DNA of 63,037 bases, the filler included, from Pelomyxa schiedti (Eukaryota > Protista > Evosea): NCBI GenBank assembly GCA_020536535.1. It is 7 parts of 7 records of this genome, joined end to end, with 100 filler letters (N's around TTAATTAATTAA, not from the genome) between each part and the next. Parts side by side here need not be neighbours in the genome. Positions count along the whole stretch, not along the records: positions 1 to 17,480 come from JAHLWZ010000170.1; positions 17,581 to 24,352 come from JAHLWZ010000201.1; 5 more parts are not named here. One strand, given 5' to 3'. Shown piece by piece: positions 11,000 to 23,679 of this stretch (position 1 is the first letter of the stretch; the number at the start of each line of letters is the position of its first letter). Under the pieces are notes generated by a model. The model was given only the letters and a program-made list of their open reading frames with translations. It was not told the origin of the DNA and did not search any database. The translations under genes were made by a program, and so were the position numbers.

Positions 11000-13020
11000 A
11001 TGGAGCAGTGCGAAAGAATTGCTACTTTGTACGATTTTCCTATAGAGGAGGTTTGTCAGGTGTGGGCCGAGGTTCGTGGGAACTATATGTTGGCAAATAA
11101 CATCATATGTGACCGAGCTATGGTATGGTCCTGCAATTTTGATTTAGTTTCCATTATCTTTTTTCTTTTTTCTTTGTGTGTTTTGGTTTCGTGGCTTAAA
11201 AAGATTAAACACTGTTATATTAACTGTTCACGGGCAGAAAAGACCAAAGGATATGAATAAATTAGCGAAGGAGTGCATGAGTATGCTGCCTGAAATGGAA
11301 AAGCAGGGCAAGACTGATGAAGTGCTCGCCATATTGATGCACTATGAGTGAGTGTGCTCTCCCAATCTCATGTTTTTAATGCTTTTTCCAGCGGAGTTTT
11401 GGATGACGCCCTCCCCGACCTCTTACTTGCAGAAGGGAAAACGGTGGAAGAAGTAAAACGGAAAGAAGCAGAAGAACGCAGTGAAAAAGCCCTGGCAGAG
11501 GCTGAAATTGTGATACCGGAAAGCAAAGTTGATGAAGTTGCTACTGGGTCCGTGCCTCCAACCAACGTCCTTGATGCCGTTCAAGCTCAAAAATTGCTGG
11601 AAGTGTCAACTTTCGTGACGGCAGCGGCATCGTTTGTCTATTTCATGCCTTCTACTCTCGCTTACATACTGACAGGTATCCCGAGGTTTCTCCGACAGAG
11701 GTCCAAGAAGTACTTGTGGCGAATAACTATTGTGCTGAAAAAGTGGTTCCCATACTGGAGGAAAAGACCCAAGCTAAGCTTGAAGAGCGAACAACTGACT
11801 TGTGCATGAGGGCAAGTCGCAACTATGGGAACCTCCCCCCAGAGAAGGTATTACTTTGCGAAACTCCTTGCTGCTTCCTAATCCGGTACAAGGTGCATGA
11901 AGTTGTGAAAGAATCTGGTGCCCGCCGAATCACCTCAATTAAAGCCGTTGGTACTCTGGGATCCAGCCGGCTTAATTTCTTCCAGAACATTGGACAGCAA
12001 CCTCAGGCAGCCAAACCCGTTGCCGTTGCAATCAACAAACCGGCGGCGACAGCCACTTATACTCCAAAACCTGTAACAACTATGCCGCCAGTCAAAGTGA
12101 ACATGCCACCCCAACAACCCATCACCCAATACCACAACTTACCTCCCCCACCCCAAAACCTCGTAATGCCCCAACCAACAAACCCCCTCTTAGTTTCCGG
12201 CCCAAGGCCATCACCCATCATCACTACAAGCCCCACCAATCCCCTCACCATGCCGAAACCCGCAGCCACATATGTACCTCCTCCCGCAAGCACAACACCC
12301 AACAGACTGCCCCCTCCCAGCAACCTACCCCCTCCATCATCCACCGCAACAAACACAAGCCCAACACCCAACAGACTGCCCCCTCCCTCATTCCTCACAA
12401 ACAACAACAACACCAACACTGCAAATGCAAATGCCAACGCAAATGCAACTGCACCCAAACCAACACCCGGCAAATTAGGAGACCGCGTCGCCACTTTCAA
12501 CAAACCCGGCGGCTCAGCCCCAATCCCAACACCGGTTCTATCCCGGCCCAATGCCCCCCGAGTCACACAAATTGCCAACAGATTCACGCAGCCTCAACAA
12601 CAGCAAACACAACCACAACCAACACCATCTCCCAAGCCAATCCCAAAGCCACTAGTAACACCCCAACAACCAACACAAACTGCAGCAACACCAACACCAG
12701 CAGCAGTCAGACCAACACCAACAAGAACCAACCTTGCAGACAAGATTGCACAGTTCAACAGCAACAGGAACGAGGTTGCGGCCGAGAAAGTACAGAAGGC
12801 GGTGGCCACTAGGATACAGCCAGGAAGGCTCCCGCCAGGGAACCCGGCCCTGCCCATGATGATGATGGGAATGTCACCAATGGGTGACAAGGACAGGCTG
12901 AGTGCTGTCAGGAGGATCATCGAGCAGAAGAAGAGGGAGGCCGAGATTATGGAGCAGGAGGAGCTGGACCAGGATGACACTGAGGAAGTTGTAGGCCGCT
13001 CAATGCTTGGCTTCCATTGA
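11000..13020 (+). CDS. Hypothetical protein with CUE/UBA-like helical repeats and a long proline-rich C-terminus
   Basis: Spliced segments YDFPIEEVCQVWAEVRGNYMLA and YPEVSPTEVQEVLVANNYCAEKVVPIL resemble CUE domains. A 434-aa P/T/Q-rich ORF ends at TGA 13020. Confidence 0.55.
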
Positions 13021-13295
13021 TCCCACTGCGCAGTCTTCCCCTCCACACCCACTTCAACAAACAAACTCGTTTTCACTTCATTTATGATGTAACTTAACAA
13101 AAAAAGAAAAACTTACCGCTAAATAATGTTTCCAGCATTTCTCCTTCAATTTTTTCTACAAGTCAAAACTCCGGCATAAGCACATAAGATAATGATGAAA
13201 GTATGTTCATAAAGAAGCCGTTCTGCCGGTGTAGTTTGAAGCTGTGCAAATGTGAATGAATGAATAAATGGCGGTAGGAAATGCCTTTTTTACTT

Positions 13296-15753
13296 TTAGA
13301 ATAGAGCAAACGGGGTTCCAACACAACCGCTGAGCCATGGGCACTGCTTGTCAATTGACAGTTTCCTAACACTATTGATGGTATTTGCGGCAATTTCACT
13401 GAATGGTGTGCCTGGACTTGCGCTCTCAGCAGCTGTGTTTTTTTAAAATATGAGAACATAGTAGCGATTATCATGTTTACCTTCAAGGAAACATCCCGTG
13501 AAGAATCCATTCATCTTCCGGTTTGGCAATTTGCATACATCACGTGCCGTAGCACCTTTGGGAATTACCGATTGAGGAAAAAAGTAGAGGAAGATACCAG
13601 GGTCTGTTGCATAGAACAACATGCGACCGGTTGGTGTGAGCGGTCCGAATCCACGTGTCTAAAAAAAAATTAAGAGTGGGTGAGGAAACTGAAATTGGAA
13701 GGACACCGTGAATTCATCGTCATCAACATCGTCGTCATCACTGCACCTGGCATTATTATCGATTTCAGGATTAGTGCTGGAGCCAGTGATATGTTCCCTG
13801 CAAGAATCAGAGATTCCAATTGTCAAGTGAGACAGGGCATGAATCTCATCAATGACTTTCCCGAATATTGGTGCTATCTTCTTCAGGCAGGCAGTGTCAG
13901 ACTGTGGGCTCATTGTAGTTTCATCAGCTGTCATCAGCAAGAAAGTGTGCCCTTTCAGTTGCCTCCCATGCCCCGAAAAGAAAAATATACTTGCAATCTG
14001 GCAAAATGTGAGCCTTAATTTTGGAACAGGTCAAGACTGACCTTCATCCTACTTTTTCCTGCTTTGCTGTCCTTTAACAATTGTTTGAAGTCATTGAGGC
14101 GATTGTTAAATTCTTCTAGAGTTGGAATGTCCAGACAACATCTAACTTCAAAGTCGCACCTTGTCTGTAGGAACTGGAAGAAGGGTGATAAGTTTGAAAT
14201 CTCTAAGATTGGGAAACTAAACCTCAGAGACAGAAGTCGCATCGTTGAGGCCGTTTTTAAGGAGATGGTTGGGATAAGATTTATTCCCAACAACAAATGC
14301 AAAGCACTTGAACTTATACCCCTTTGATAGCACAATGGAGTTCGTTCCTTCTGAATTGATTCGTTTGTGATTGTAGCGGCAGGAAAGCACAAACCGGTTT
14401 CAGGCCCTGGGTCTGTTGTATTTGATGTATTGCTCTGTGGATGCAGTTGCTTCACAGTGGAAGATGTCGGTAATGCCGGTATGCTGGGTAGCTCGACAGG
14501 TGTTTGGGAAGGTATTGGGGGAAAAGTTGCAGGCTCAGGCTTCACTTCAACCAATGGCTCTGTTGATGGAGAAGATGAAGGTAACTTCTTAAGTTGAATA
14601 GAAGATGGTTGTGTTGAGGTGGAAGGTAAAGGATTAAGTTGAATATAACTGACCCTGTGGGAACCTACACGTGGATTATCCACGTGATTTTCGGCTAGAG
14701 GGAGGGTTGGTGTTGTTGAAGTTATCCTGGTGTGCGATTGTCTACAGAAAGAAGGTTCTGGAATGACAGCACTGTGGTTGAGGAAGCAAGTGGAATTGGG
14801 GCGGGCTGGAGGTGCAAAACTTCTGCGTCTCTGAAGGTGAGATGGAAGTTCTGTGTTGCCCATGGTAGTGCTAATGCTGGAGGAGGTATAGAGGGTTGTT
14901 GGAAACATTAAGTCTGGACTTCCTTTGAGAGAGATGGCGAGAGTTATATAAAATGCCTCAATAATGTCAAGGAATTCGGCTTTGATATCTTCATATGGAA
15001 ATGGGGAGCGGCACATGAGGAGCTTTTCATCTTCCAGCTTTGAGAGCCACCTGAGTTCCAACTCCTCTAAATTCACCGAATTTCGTGGCACTGATGCTCC
15101 ATTGCCACCCAAAATTTGGTTTATACAGGGTAGATAGGGCTTTGAAACTTTTAGGTGTGTTGGGGAAAGGTAGTACACTTTCTGGCACGCGGGAATTGCG
15201 CTTCTCAGTGACAGGGCGCAAAAGGCAACATACCAGCCTGCAACCCCCGCTTCAAGTTCTCTAGTAGAAGGCAGGCACAGCTCATACTTTGGATTCATAA
15301 AGTCAATATCATAAGGCAGCATACAGCTCAGGCAAAACATGCTCAACTGCGGAGTGCGAAAGTCGTCGATGGTATGCACAAAGGGGTAAGGGTTGCAGAT
15401 CACTCCGGGGTCTTTGACAAGTTCGCCACCAACTTTGCGAATTGTAAAACTGCCTTCCAGGTGTCAGTCAGATTCTGCCAGCGCCACTGCAAAGTCAAAA
15501 TTTCGCGCCTGGGCTGTGGTTGTTGTGGTGCTCTCTTGGCTCGTGATGACCCCCTGGAAATGCACTTGAGGCCGCAGGACCTCATACACATCTCTACGAG
15601 GAGGGCATTATGGGGTTCGCTAGGTGAGAAGCACAAACAAACGCGGTCGGCAGCGCCCACAATTTTCCCTCCGCGCCAGGTGCTTATTGCCTTGCAACAC
15701 GACACGCTCCTGGCCCACGGATGTCGATCTTGCCCCGACTCGGTGTTCCCCAT
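13296..15753 (-). CDS. Caspase-family (Peptidase C14, paracaspase/orthocaspase-like) protease with N-myristoylation signal and uncharacterised N-terminal domain; multi-exon
   Basis: Spliced translation: KCFAFVVGNKSYPNHLLKNGLNDATSVSE|FLQTRCDFEV...|IASIFFFSGHGRQLKGHTFLL...IGISDSCRE...GRMLFYATDP|GATARD...NGFFTGCFLE...KQCPWLSGCVGTPFALF*. His codon at 13968-13970, Cys codon at 13800-13802. N-terminus MGNTES. Confidence 0.85.
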
Positions 15754-16645
15754 GCAAGTAGGTTTTTGATGGGGTTGAACCGTTTATCTCTCACCAAGGA
15801 TGGCTCCCATTTACCAGCCCGTAGCCTTCTTGATGTCAGGACTGGACTCTGGGCACCTTCAGTTTTGTACAAACAATGTGCTTTGACTGTGGGACGATTT
15901 CTTCCCTTCCTTCACTTCTTGGAAGCAAAACCTCTCTTGGTGGCGACACAACAACTACGCACTGCACTCGAACGCAAGATCGCAGTTTGCCGCGTTTGAA
16001 AGTGGGAAGTGGAAGTGCGGCCCAATCACTCTCCCACAATCTTGTTGTGTGAGTCGTTTGGTCGCCACTGGGTCGTCGTTGCTGCATGCAACTGGGCCAC
16101 AATCACTGTGTAAATTAGTGTCTCTAAGCATGAAGGTGAGTTCATGGTTTTATTGGCAACCCCTGGGACTGTGCAGCCATGACAAAGTGTAGATCAGGCA
16201 TACAGTTTTGGAGGGTCCTATGCATCTTGGTGGTGCTGTAGCATGCTGTGAAGAAAAAGGCTGATACAGCAAGCCCTTTGTGCATGGACAAATTGGCACC
16301 TAGAGGGGATATGAGGAGTATCAGGAGTATCAGGAGTGCCACCCAATCAGTCTCAAAAAAGAAAATAAAATAAAAGAAAGAACAGAAAAGAACAGAAAAA
16401 GACACCTGTCTGAGTTTCAGCTAAGCCAGCAACGGCAATGTGGCTGGAATTGCATGGAGGCAGTGATGTTATTCTTGGTGCCTTGCAGACCACTTCAGCC
16501 TAAGTTGAGTTGAGGAATACAAACAAAATGTGTAGGGTTTCTACCTGGTGAATGTATGGCAAAGTTCTCCCCCACCTGCAAAAAGGCAAAAAGAGGTGAA
16601 GCAAGAGAAGAGGGAATACCACAGAAAGCTCCACATCGATGATGG

Positions 16646-16706
16646 CAATGCAACGCAACACAACGCGACGCAAAGCAAAGCAACACGACACACCACAACA
16701 CAACAC
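16646..16706. repeat. Degenerate pentanucleotide microsatellite (CAACA/CAACG-type)
   Basis: caatg caacg caaca caacg cgacg caaag caaag caaca cgaca ... Confidence 0.6.
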
Positions 16707-16824
16707 ATAATTTTTGCCTCACATCCATCCCTTGCCGTCTCCGCCTCTTGAGACTCACGACCAAGGAGTACAACACTTGCATCTGCAGCTGACTCCACAT
16801 TGAAAAAAAACCACCCAGGTGGTG

Positions 16825-17334
16825 ATGGAGGAGTTTGCGTTCACAGGCCCCCTGGTGCTGCGGGCTAGCGACCAACTTGGCGCATTGGCGTCCGCATCGG
16901 TCGTAGCTGGCCAACAACAGCGACAACGCCGCGGCAACGACGACGACGTGGGAGCCAGCGCCACGACGACGACGACGACGACCAGCAGCGGCACCAGCAC
17001 CACACTCGCGACGTGGGGCCACATCGTGGCGCGGCTGGTGTGGGGCGTGGTTGTGCCTACGGCCAGGGTGTTTGTGTTCGAGGTCAAGGGCAGAAAAAAG
17101 CCACGACGAGGGGGAGCCGGTTCTGAAGGAAGGGCGAGTGGCGCCACCACCAACACCACCACCAGGTGCTTGTGCGTCAAGGTGTTGCCTACGCTGCTCA
17201 GCATCGTGGGCGATGTCGAGGACAGGGCCACTGGCGTCGGCGACAGCATGTGCCTCACTGTGATTTCAAATCACACCCAGAGTGGGTTCCAAGCTGTTCC
17301 CAAAGGGTGGTCTCAAAATGGGAAAAAACACTAG
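16825..17334 (+). CDS. Hypothetical protein (GC-rich, low complexity; possibly a truncated member of a lineage-specific family)
   Basis: Open GC-rich frame MEEFAFTGPLVLRASDQLGALASASVV...VARLVWGVVVPTARVFVFEV...VKVLPTLLSIV. No recognised domain. Confidence 0.35.
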   Translation: MEEFAFTGPLVLRASDQLGALASASVVAGQQQRQRRGNDDDVGASATTTTTTTSSGTSTTLATWGHIVARLVWGVVVPTARVFVFEVKGRKKPRRGGAGSEGRASGATTNTTTRCLCVKVLPTLLSIVGDVEDRATGVGDSMCLTVISNHTQSGFQAVPKGWSQNGKKH

Positions 17335-17480
17335 TTTACCTCCACCTTCTCCACTTGGGTATTGGCCTGACGATTCAAGTTCAGCAGGGAGTGTTCGGTT
17401 TGAGAGCCAAATTCACTGAAAAGAACACTTTTGTCGGACTTTTTCCCGTTTTGGTGGTCTTTTTAGAAAAGAACAAAAGA

Positions 17481-17580
17481 NNNNNNNNNNNNNNNNNNNN
17501 NNNNNNNNNNNNNNNNNNNNNNNNTTAATTAATTAANNNNNNNNNNNNNNNNNNNNNNNNNNNNNNNNNNNNNNNNNNNN
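17481..17580. other. Artificial contig linker (N-padded TTAATTAATTAA); same linker at 24353-24452, 54783-54882, 58426-58525, 59652-59751, 61189-61288
   Basis: An identical 12-mer with stops in all six frames is centred in Ns at six places. Confidence 0.95.
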
Positions 17581-19913
17581 GAAATTAAAGAGGCGTTGGG
17601 ACATGGGGACTTTGACACAGCACTGCAGCTGATTGTTGACAATGCACCACAGGCATCAGCACCTGGTACTATGCCTCACTTTGCTAGGATCGCGTGTGAT
17701 TTGATTGGTTGCTGTGCTGCGAGAACCAGCACCTGTGATTCTCGAAAAGTACTAAAACCACCTCTGAAGAGGGCGAATGCTCTTAGTGGGGGTGATTTGC
17801 TAACAGCAGTGGAACTTAATATCAGTGAAGCTCTTTCCCGTTCACGTGACATGCCTCGCCACCTCGATGGAGAAGGAAACTGTTCAGAATTGAGGCCCTC
17901 TTCCAGCTTAAGTATGGAAACCACCTCCTGCAAGACCTCACCTCTACTGAGTGCTCTGCTAGTCAACGCTTCTGGAATGAAAAAGCCTGACCAAATATCA
18001 GGATTAGAGTCAGCTGTAGCAGCTGCTGTGAAAGCTGGTGAGTGGTGTGAGTCGTGTGTATTGGCCCTATTTGAGGCTACTGAGAAGAATGCATCCCTTA
18101 GTATCCCACTATCTCTGTCTGGTTCTTTCGTGAGAGTGGCGTTTGATCTGTTCAGAACGGGAAAGGATGGCAGCTCCATGAAGGTTATCTTTTGGCTTTT
18201 AGATCACTCGCAGCAACCTAATACTGTGGAATCCAATTTACTATGTATTGGTATCCCCCGTAATTTCCTGGATTATAAACACTTTGGGAAGCACGATGAC
18301 GCCCTAGCAGTAGCTATCAAGTTTGGTGTCACGTCAGTAAAACAACTGTTGGAGAGGATTGGAAACCCTGCCATTAATGCAATTGACCCAACAGGAAAGA
18401 CCTTAGAAGCTGCTTGCAGGCATCCAACTGCAGAATGCCTGCGGTTCCTCTTCTCTTCCCATGTGCAAGTGGATTCTCCTGGTGCTTACTCTGGCTACTA
18501 TCTCATCTTCAGTGGTCAAGGGTGCTGGGCGGAACCTGCAGACAATCTGGTAAATTTACTCGCTTCCCAGGGGGTACTACTTAATGAGAGGATATGTATG
18601 CCATTCAACCGGCATGAACTTGTGACACCAGTGGTGGCTGCAATCATTGGAAATAATAACCGGATGATAGAAGTGCTGGTGGAAAAAGGCCATGCTAAAA
18701 TCACAACTGCGGATTTCTCCTTTCTGATGCAGAAGCCAACCATGGAAAGCATACTTCTCCTTCAGAATTCTCTCGGTTACACTCCCCCCGAGGTGTTCTC
18801 TTCAGCCCTAGTGTTTGGTGCCAATGACTCCATCGTTGACCACATCATCAACTCCAGGATAGACCTCAATTCTAGAATTCCAACACCATACAAAGACCCA
18901 AGCTTCCCCCTGGAACTCGCACTCCATTTCAAAAGAGTCCACGTCTGTATTTCCCTCTTGAATGCCGGNNNNNNNNNNNNNNNNNNNNNNNNNNNNNNNN
19001 NNNNNNNNNNNNNNNNNNNNNNNNNNNNNNNNNNNNNNNNNNNNNNNNNNNNNNNNNNNNNNNNNNNNTCAACTCCAGGATAGACCTCAATTCTAGAATT
19101 CCAACACCATACAAAGACCCAAGCTTCCCCCTGGAACTCGCACTCCATTTCAAAAGAGTCCACGTCTGTATTTCCCTCTTGAATGCCGGTGCAAAAATAC
19201 CCCCGCCACCACCACCTTCGTCATCATCACCAACAACATCCAGTTGTTCAAGCGCTGTTGCAGTTCGTGACGATGGCCATGATGACGACGACGACTGGTT
19301 CCTGAATGCATTCGAGAAATGGCTGAATTACTGGCCCACAGTCCCCGGTGCTGAGGCACTCGTCGACAGGATACTCAAGGCGAGGCCTGATGCAGTCAAC
19401 AACAGCAGCAGCACCAGAAGCAAATACACTCGGTTCCCGAGGGGCCTCCTGATCAACAGCGTGAGGAACAAGCACGTCGGGATCATGCGGGTCCTCCTCG
19501 ACAACGGGGCGCAGCCGAGGACAGACGCGCTCGAGTGCGCCATCGTCGAGTGCAGCCGGTCCTGCAATGCGTACAGCACCGGCGAGTGCCCTCACGAGGC
19601 AATTGTGGGTGCTCTCGTGGGCGCCGGCGCGTTTCTGAGGATGTCGCACTTTGAGCACCTCAGGGATCTCAAGCAATCGATGAGGACAAAGCTCACCGTG
19701 TGTATTTTACTCTCCCAAGTCCATTCCCATCGCCCTTCACTGAGAGTTAACGCATGTGCTGTTTTTTTGCAGAAACTTGTTGGATTCGAGTGTGGGCGGT
19801 GCTTTGCGTTGGTGACACACACGAGGTGTGGAGTGTCGAGTGTGTGGCACACAATCCCTGTCTTCCTCCTCACTGAGATCGTCAACTTCCTTCTCGGAAC
19901 AACCAGAACCTAG
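17581..19913 (+). CDS. Ankyrin-repeat protein, 5'-partial, spanning a 100-N gap
   Basis: ANK-like units (TPVVAAIIGNNNRMIEVLVEKG; FPLELALHFKRVHVCISLLNAGA; LLINSVRNKHVGIMRVLLDNGA; HEAIVGALVGAGA). The intron at about 19698-19772 is supported by a 2-nt length difference in the duplicate copy. Confidence 0.75.
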
Positions 19914-20243
19914 GTGCTCTCTGTGTGTGGACACATAAATATGTTGTCTAGTAAACAAACAGTACTTTTTTTTTGTTTTTTAACTTAGTAGTAATAGTAG
20001 TAGGGTACCTACTACTATGGGTTTGATTTGTTTTTTTTTATGGCTGAGAGGGCCGGTGGGCAGCGGCCGCGGCTTGTTGTTGCTTTGCTTCTGCATCTCC
20101 TTTGTTGTAGTTGAATATGGACAGCCCAACCAGCACAACACCGNNNNNNNNNNNNNNNNNNNNNNNNNNNNNNNNNNNNNNNNNNNNNNNNNNNNNNNNN
20201 NNNNNNNNNNNNNNNNNNNNNNNNNNNNNNNNNNNNNNNNNNN

Positions 20244-21090
20244 TCAACTCCAGGATAGACCTCAATTCTAGAATTCCAACACCATACAAAGACCCAAGCT
20301 TCCCCCTGGAACTCGCACTCCATTTCAAAAGAGTCCACGTCTGTATTTCCCTCTTGAATGCCGGCGCAAAAATACCCCCGCCGCCACCACCTTCGTCATC
20401 ATCACCAACAACATCCAGTTGTTCAAGCACTGTTGCAGTTCGTGACGATGACCATGATGATGACGACGACTGGTTCCTGAATGCATTCGAGAAATGGCTG
20501 AATTACTGGCCCACAGTCCCTGGTGCTGAGGCACTCGTCGACAGGATACTCAAGGCGAGGCCCGATGCAGTCAACATCAGCAGCAGCAGCAGATGCAACA
20601 ACAACACTCGGTTCCCGAGGGGCCTCCTGATCAACAGCGTGAAGAACAAGCACGTCGGGATCATGCAGGTCCTCCTCGACAACGGGGCGCAGCCGAGGAC
20701 AGACGCGCTCGAGTGCGCCATCGTCGAGTGCAGCCGGTCCTGCAATGCGTACAACAGCGAGTGCCCTCACGAGGCAATCGTGGGTGCTCTCGTCGGCGCA
20801 GGCGCGTTTCTGAGGATGTCGCACTTTGAGCACCTCAGGGATCTCAAGCAATCCATGAGGACAAAGCTCACCGTGTGTATTTTGCTCTCCCAAGTCCATT
20901 CCCTTCGCCCTTCACTGAGAGTTATAACGCATGTGCTGTTTTTTTGCAGAAACTTGTTGGATTCGAGTGTGGGCGGTGCTTTGCGTTGGTGGCACACACG
21001 AGGTGTGGAGTGTCGAGTGTGTGGCACACAATCCCTGTCTTCCTCCTCACTGAGATCATCAACTTCCTTCTCGGAACAAACAGAACCTAG
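20244..21090 (+). CDS. Second (allelic) copy of the 3' part of the ankyrin-repeat gene
   Basis: 20244-21257 is a near-identical copy of 19069-20143, including the 3' end of the adjacent transporter. Confidence 0.7.
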
Positions 21091-21151
21091 GGTAAAATAT
21101 GTTGTCTAGTAAACAAGGGTACCTACTACTATGGGTTGGATTTGTTTTTTT

Positions 21152-22806
21152 TTATGGCTGAGAGGGCCGGTGGGCAGCGGCCGCGGCTTGTTGTTGCTTT
21201 GCTTCTGCATCTCCTTTGTTGTAGTTGAATATGGACAGCCCAACCAGCACAACACCGCACAGGAATTGCATGTTTACATTTGTGCCAAGGAGCCACCAGC
21301 TCATAACCGCGGTGATAAGCACACTTACAGCAACAGCAAAGCCCTAAACAATCGGGGATTAATTGCCGGAGCAACGGAAAGTGTCAGAATACCTTGATAA
21401 TATTATCTGCGTATTTCATCACCATGGCCACTAGAAGGCCGCCAACAGCACTTGATAGCACAATCAAAGCTGTGAGGTAAGAGTGCCCTGAGAATACTGC
21501 AAAGCCTTTTCCACTCCAAATGGCATCAAACAGTACGCTTACGGAGCACAAGGCGATACTATACATGCCTAAGTGTGATTAGTCATAGTTATTGTTTGAT
21601 GTTGAAACTAAACTGAGTTGTAAGTTCCTCTCCCAAATGGTAGCAGTGCCGGACTTGAGGACCTTCTCAAAGTATACTGAAGCCATGCCAGATAGAACAG
21701 TTACAAGTAGAGAGCAAATGATCTACAGATATTAAATGGAAAAGCTTGATGTTTATATAACTGTTCTCAGTGAACCCAAATTAATATCAATTAATTAATA
21801 AAATGATTTCTAAATTACCCCTATGATGTAAGCTGTTGTCACGCCAGTTCCAGCGACATTCGAAGTGTCAGCCATATCGCTCATCGGCGGAACTTCACAC
21901 ACAATACTAATGGATGCCTGTTGGACTAAAATCGCGGCAATTATAAGTTCAACCAACGCACGCCACATAGCTGTATTCACGAGTTTTTCTGGAACAAGTT
22001 AGTGGCAGAGGGCTGGGGGTGGATAAATACTCAAAATTATTACAGAGAGAACTGCTGTCGTCAAGATTTTTAGCTGATTGAGAACTCCAAACACAGCACC
22101 GTCCACAGTGCTGAGACCCGCAAAGGCAAGGATATTTTGAATAAAGTACAAGAAAGCTGGTACACTGGTTGGTGCCGATTTCGCAATTGTGTCCTACAGA
22201 TCTGTTAGAGAGATTGACCACCCAGTCCACAGACTGTATCACATACATACATAAAAATACTTTGGGATAGGAATTGAGGGTGGCCTCGTTGCTAACATCA
22301 GCAGTGATGACATTACTATGCATTCAAAGGGGGAAAAATATTAAGACCTCGAGTAGAGACAGAAAAATAGACAAAACAACAGCAACCACAGTTGTGGAGT
22401 TTAATTAATCACAAAATCACAAACCACAACACTACAACCAAAACCAATCAAGACAAAATTAAATCTAAATTATTTTTTTTTTTTGTGTGCAATTATATTA
22501 ATCTCACTTACCGAATTTTGTCATCTCAATAAAGAGCACAGCCACGATCTTGCTGTAGTGCTCGTGCTGCACTCCCCGAGAGTAGCTCACCAGCATCCAG
22601 TACGCGACGCACTGCACCGTGAGCCCCACCAGCGCGAACGCCTTCATCGAGCACCACCCGCCTACGCACCGCCCGACCCGCCGCGCCGCAGACCCGACGC
22701 CGCCGCCCACCGCAGACGTAGGTTTAATCTTCTCCTCCGGCAACAACACCGACAACCCGCCAGGTGTCGCATCTCCGGCACCCTCGCCACCACTGCCGCC
22801 ACTCAT
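21152..22806 (-). CDS. SLC35A-family nucleotide-sugar transporter (UDP-Gal/CMP-Sia/UDP-GlcNAc type); multi-exon
   Basis: ALVGLTVQCVAYWMLVSYSR...AVLFIEMTK; LSGMASVYFEKVLK; AVGGLLVAMVMKYADNIIK; C-terminus GVVLVGLSIFNYN...HRPSQP*. Confidence 0.85.
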
Positions 22807-23679
22807 CGAACGTTGTTTGGTTGGTCTTTTTAGTCGGAAACTAAAGAGCAGGGCCCACATCTATTCGCAGAATGAATGGAATGGCACAATACGGGACCAC
22901 AACCCATAATGGATGTTACCTAGTTACAACACGCTTGCATTGCGTGGATGGCAGTGAGACCTTGTATTCTTATATTCCTTTTATGATTGCAGCAAGAAAT
23001 CCCTTGTGACAGCCTACAGTTGACCACCTCAATTTGCAGCGCCCAACTACCGTTGACCAAAGTGTGAGTGGCACGTCCTCACAGGGAGTGACTGCTGCAC
23101 TCATTGTTGTAGTGGTCATTTAAAGTTTGAAAGGGAAGAAGAATATATTTATTATTTTTACTTGTTCTGAGGTGAGTGAAAGCTGCGTTGCTTATAAGCC
23201 CATAGTCCCATGAATTCCAAGTATTGTGGACATGATGCACAGTGTCAGGTGCCATGGAATTCCCGGAAGTTGTCTGACTTCTGAGGGTCGCTCTGTGCCG
23301 ACACCGCAATTCCCTTTTTTGGGAAGTCATCACTTTCACAAAAGTGTGGTGGGGTGGGTGTTTTGGTAGGTTGGTTGGTTGGTCATTAAATTAAGAACTC
23401 TTTTTTTTCTTTTGAGGGAAAAAAAAAGAAACAGCAGCAGCTGCGTTGGTGGGAAGCTTGCTTAGAGAGCACGGTACCAACAACCCACAGTTATGGTGTG
23501 TTGTTAAATCTCTACAGTCATCATGGCAGAAGACTGACAGCAACTCACTCAGTTATGTGGTGCTTGGCTGTTGGCTCCAACAGGGTACATATGCCAAAAC
23601 GGATGTGGACCCTGTTGGCTGTTGGCTCCAACAGGAAGGGTATGCCATGCACCAGCACCCAAAACCACGGTTGACACTT

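Noticed and set aside
17525-17536. TTAATTAATTAA as a biological motif or piggyBac target site
   Set aside because: Always centred in N padding; an artificial six-frame-stop linker.
18849-19188. Internal tandem duplications around 100-N gaps (also near 33813-34152 and 42916-43255)
   Set aside because: Exact overlaps of about 120 bp on both sides of fixed-size gaps indicate scaffolding overlap, not real repeats.
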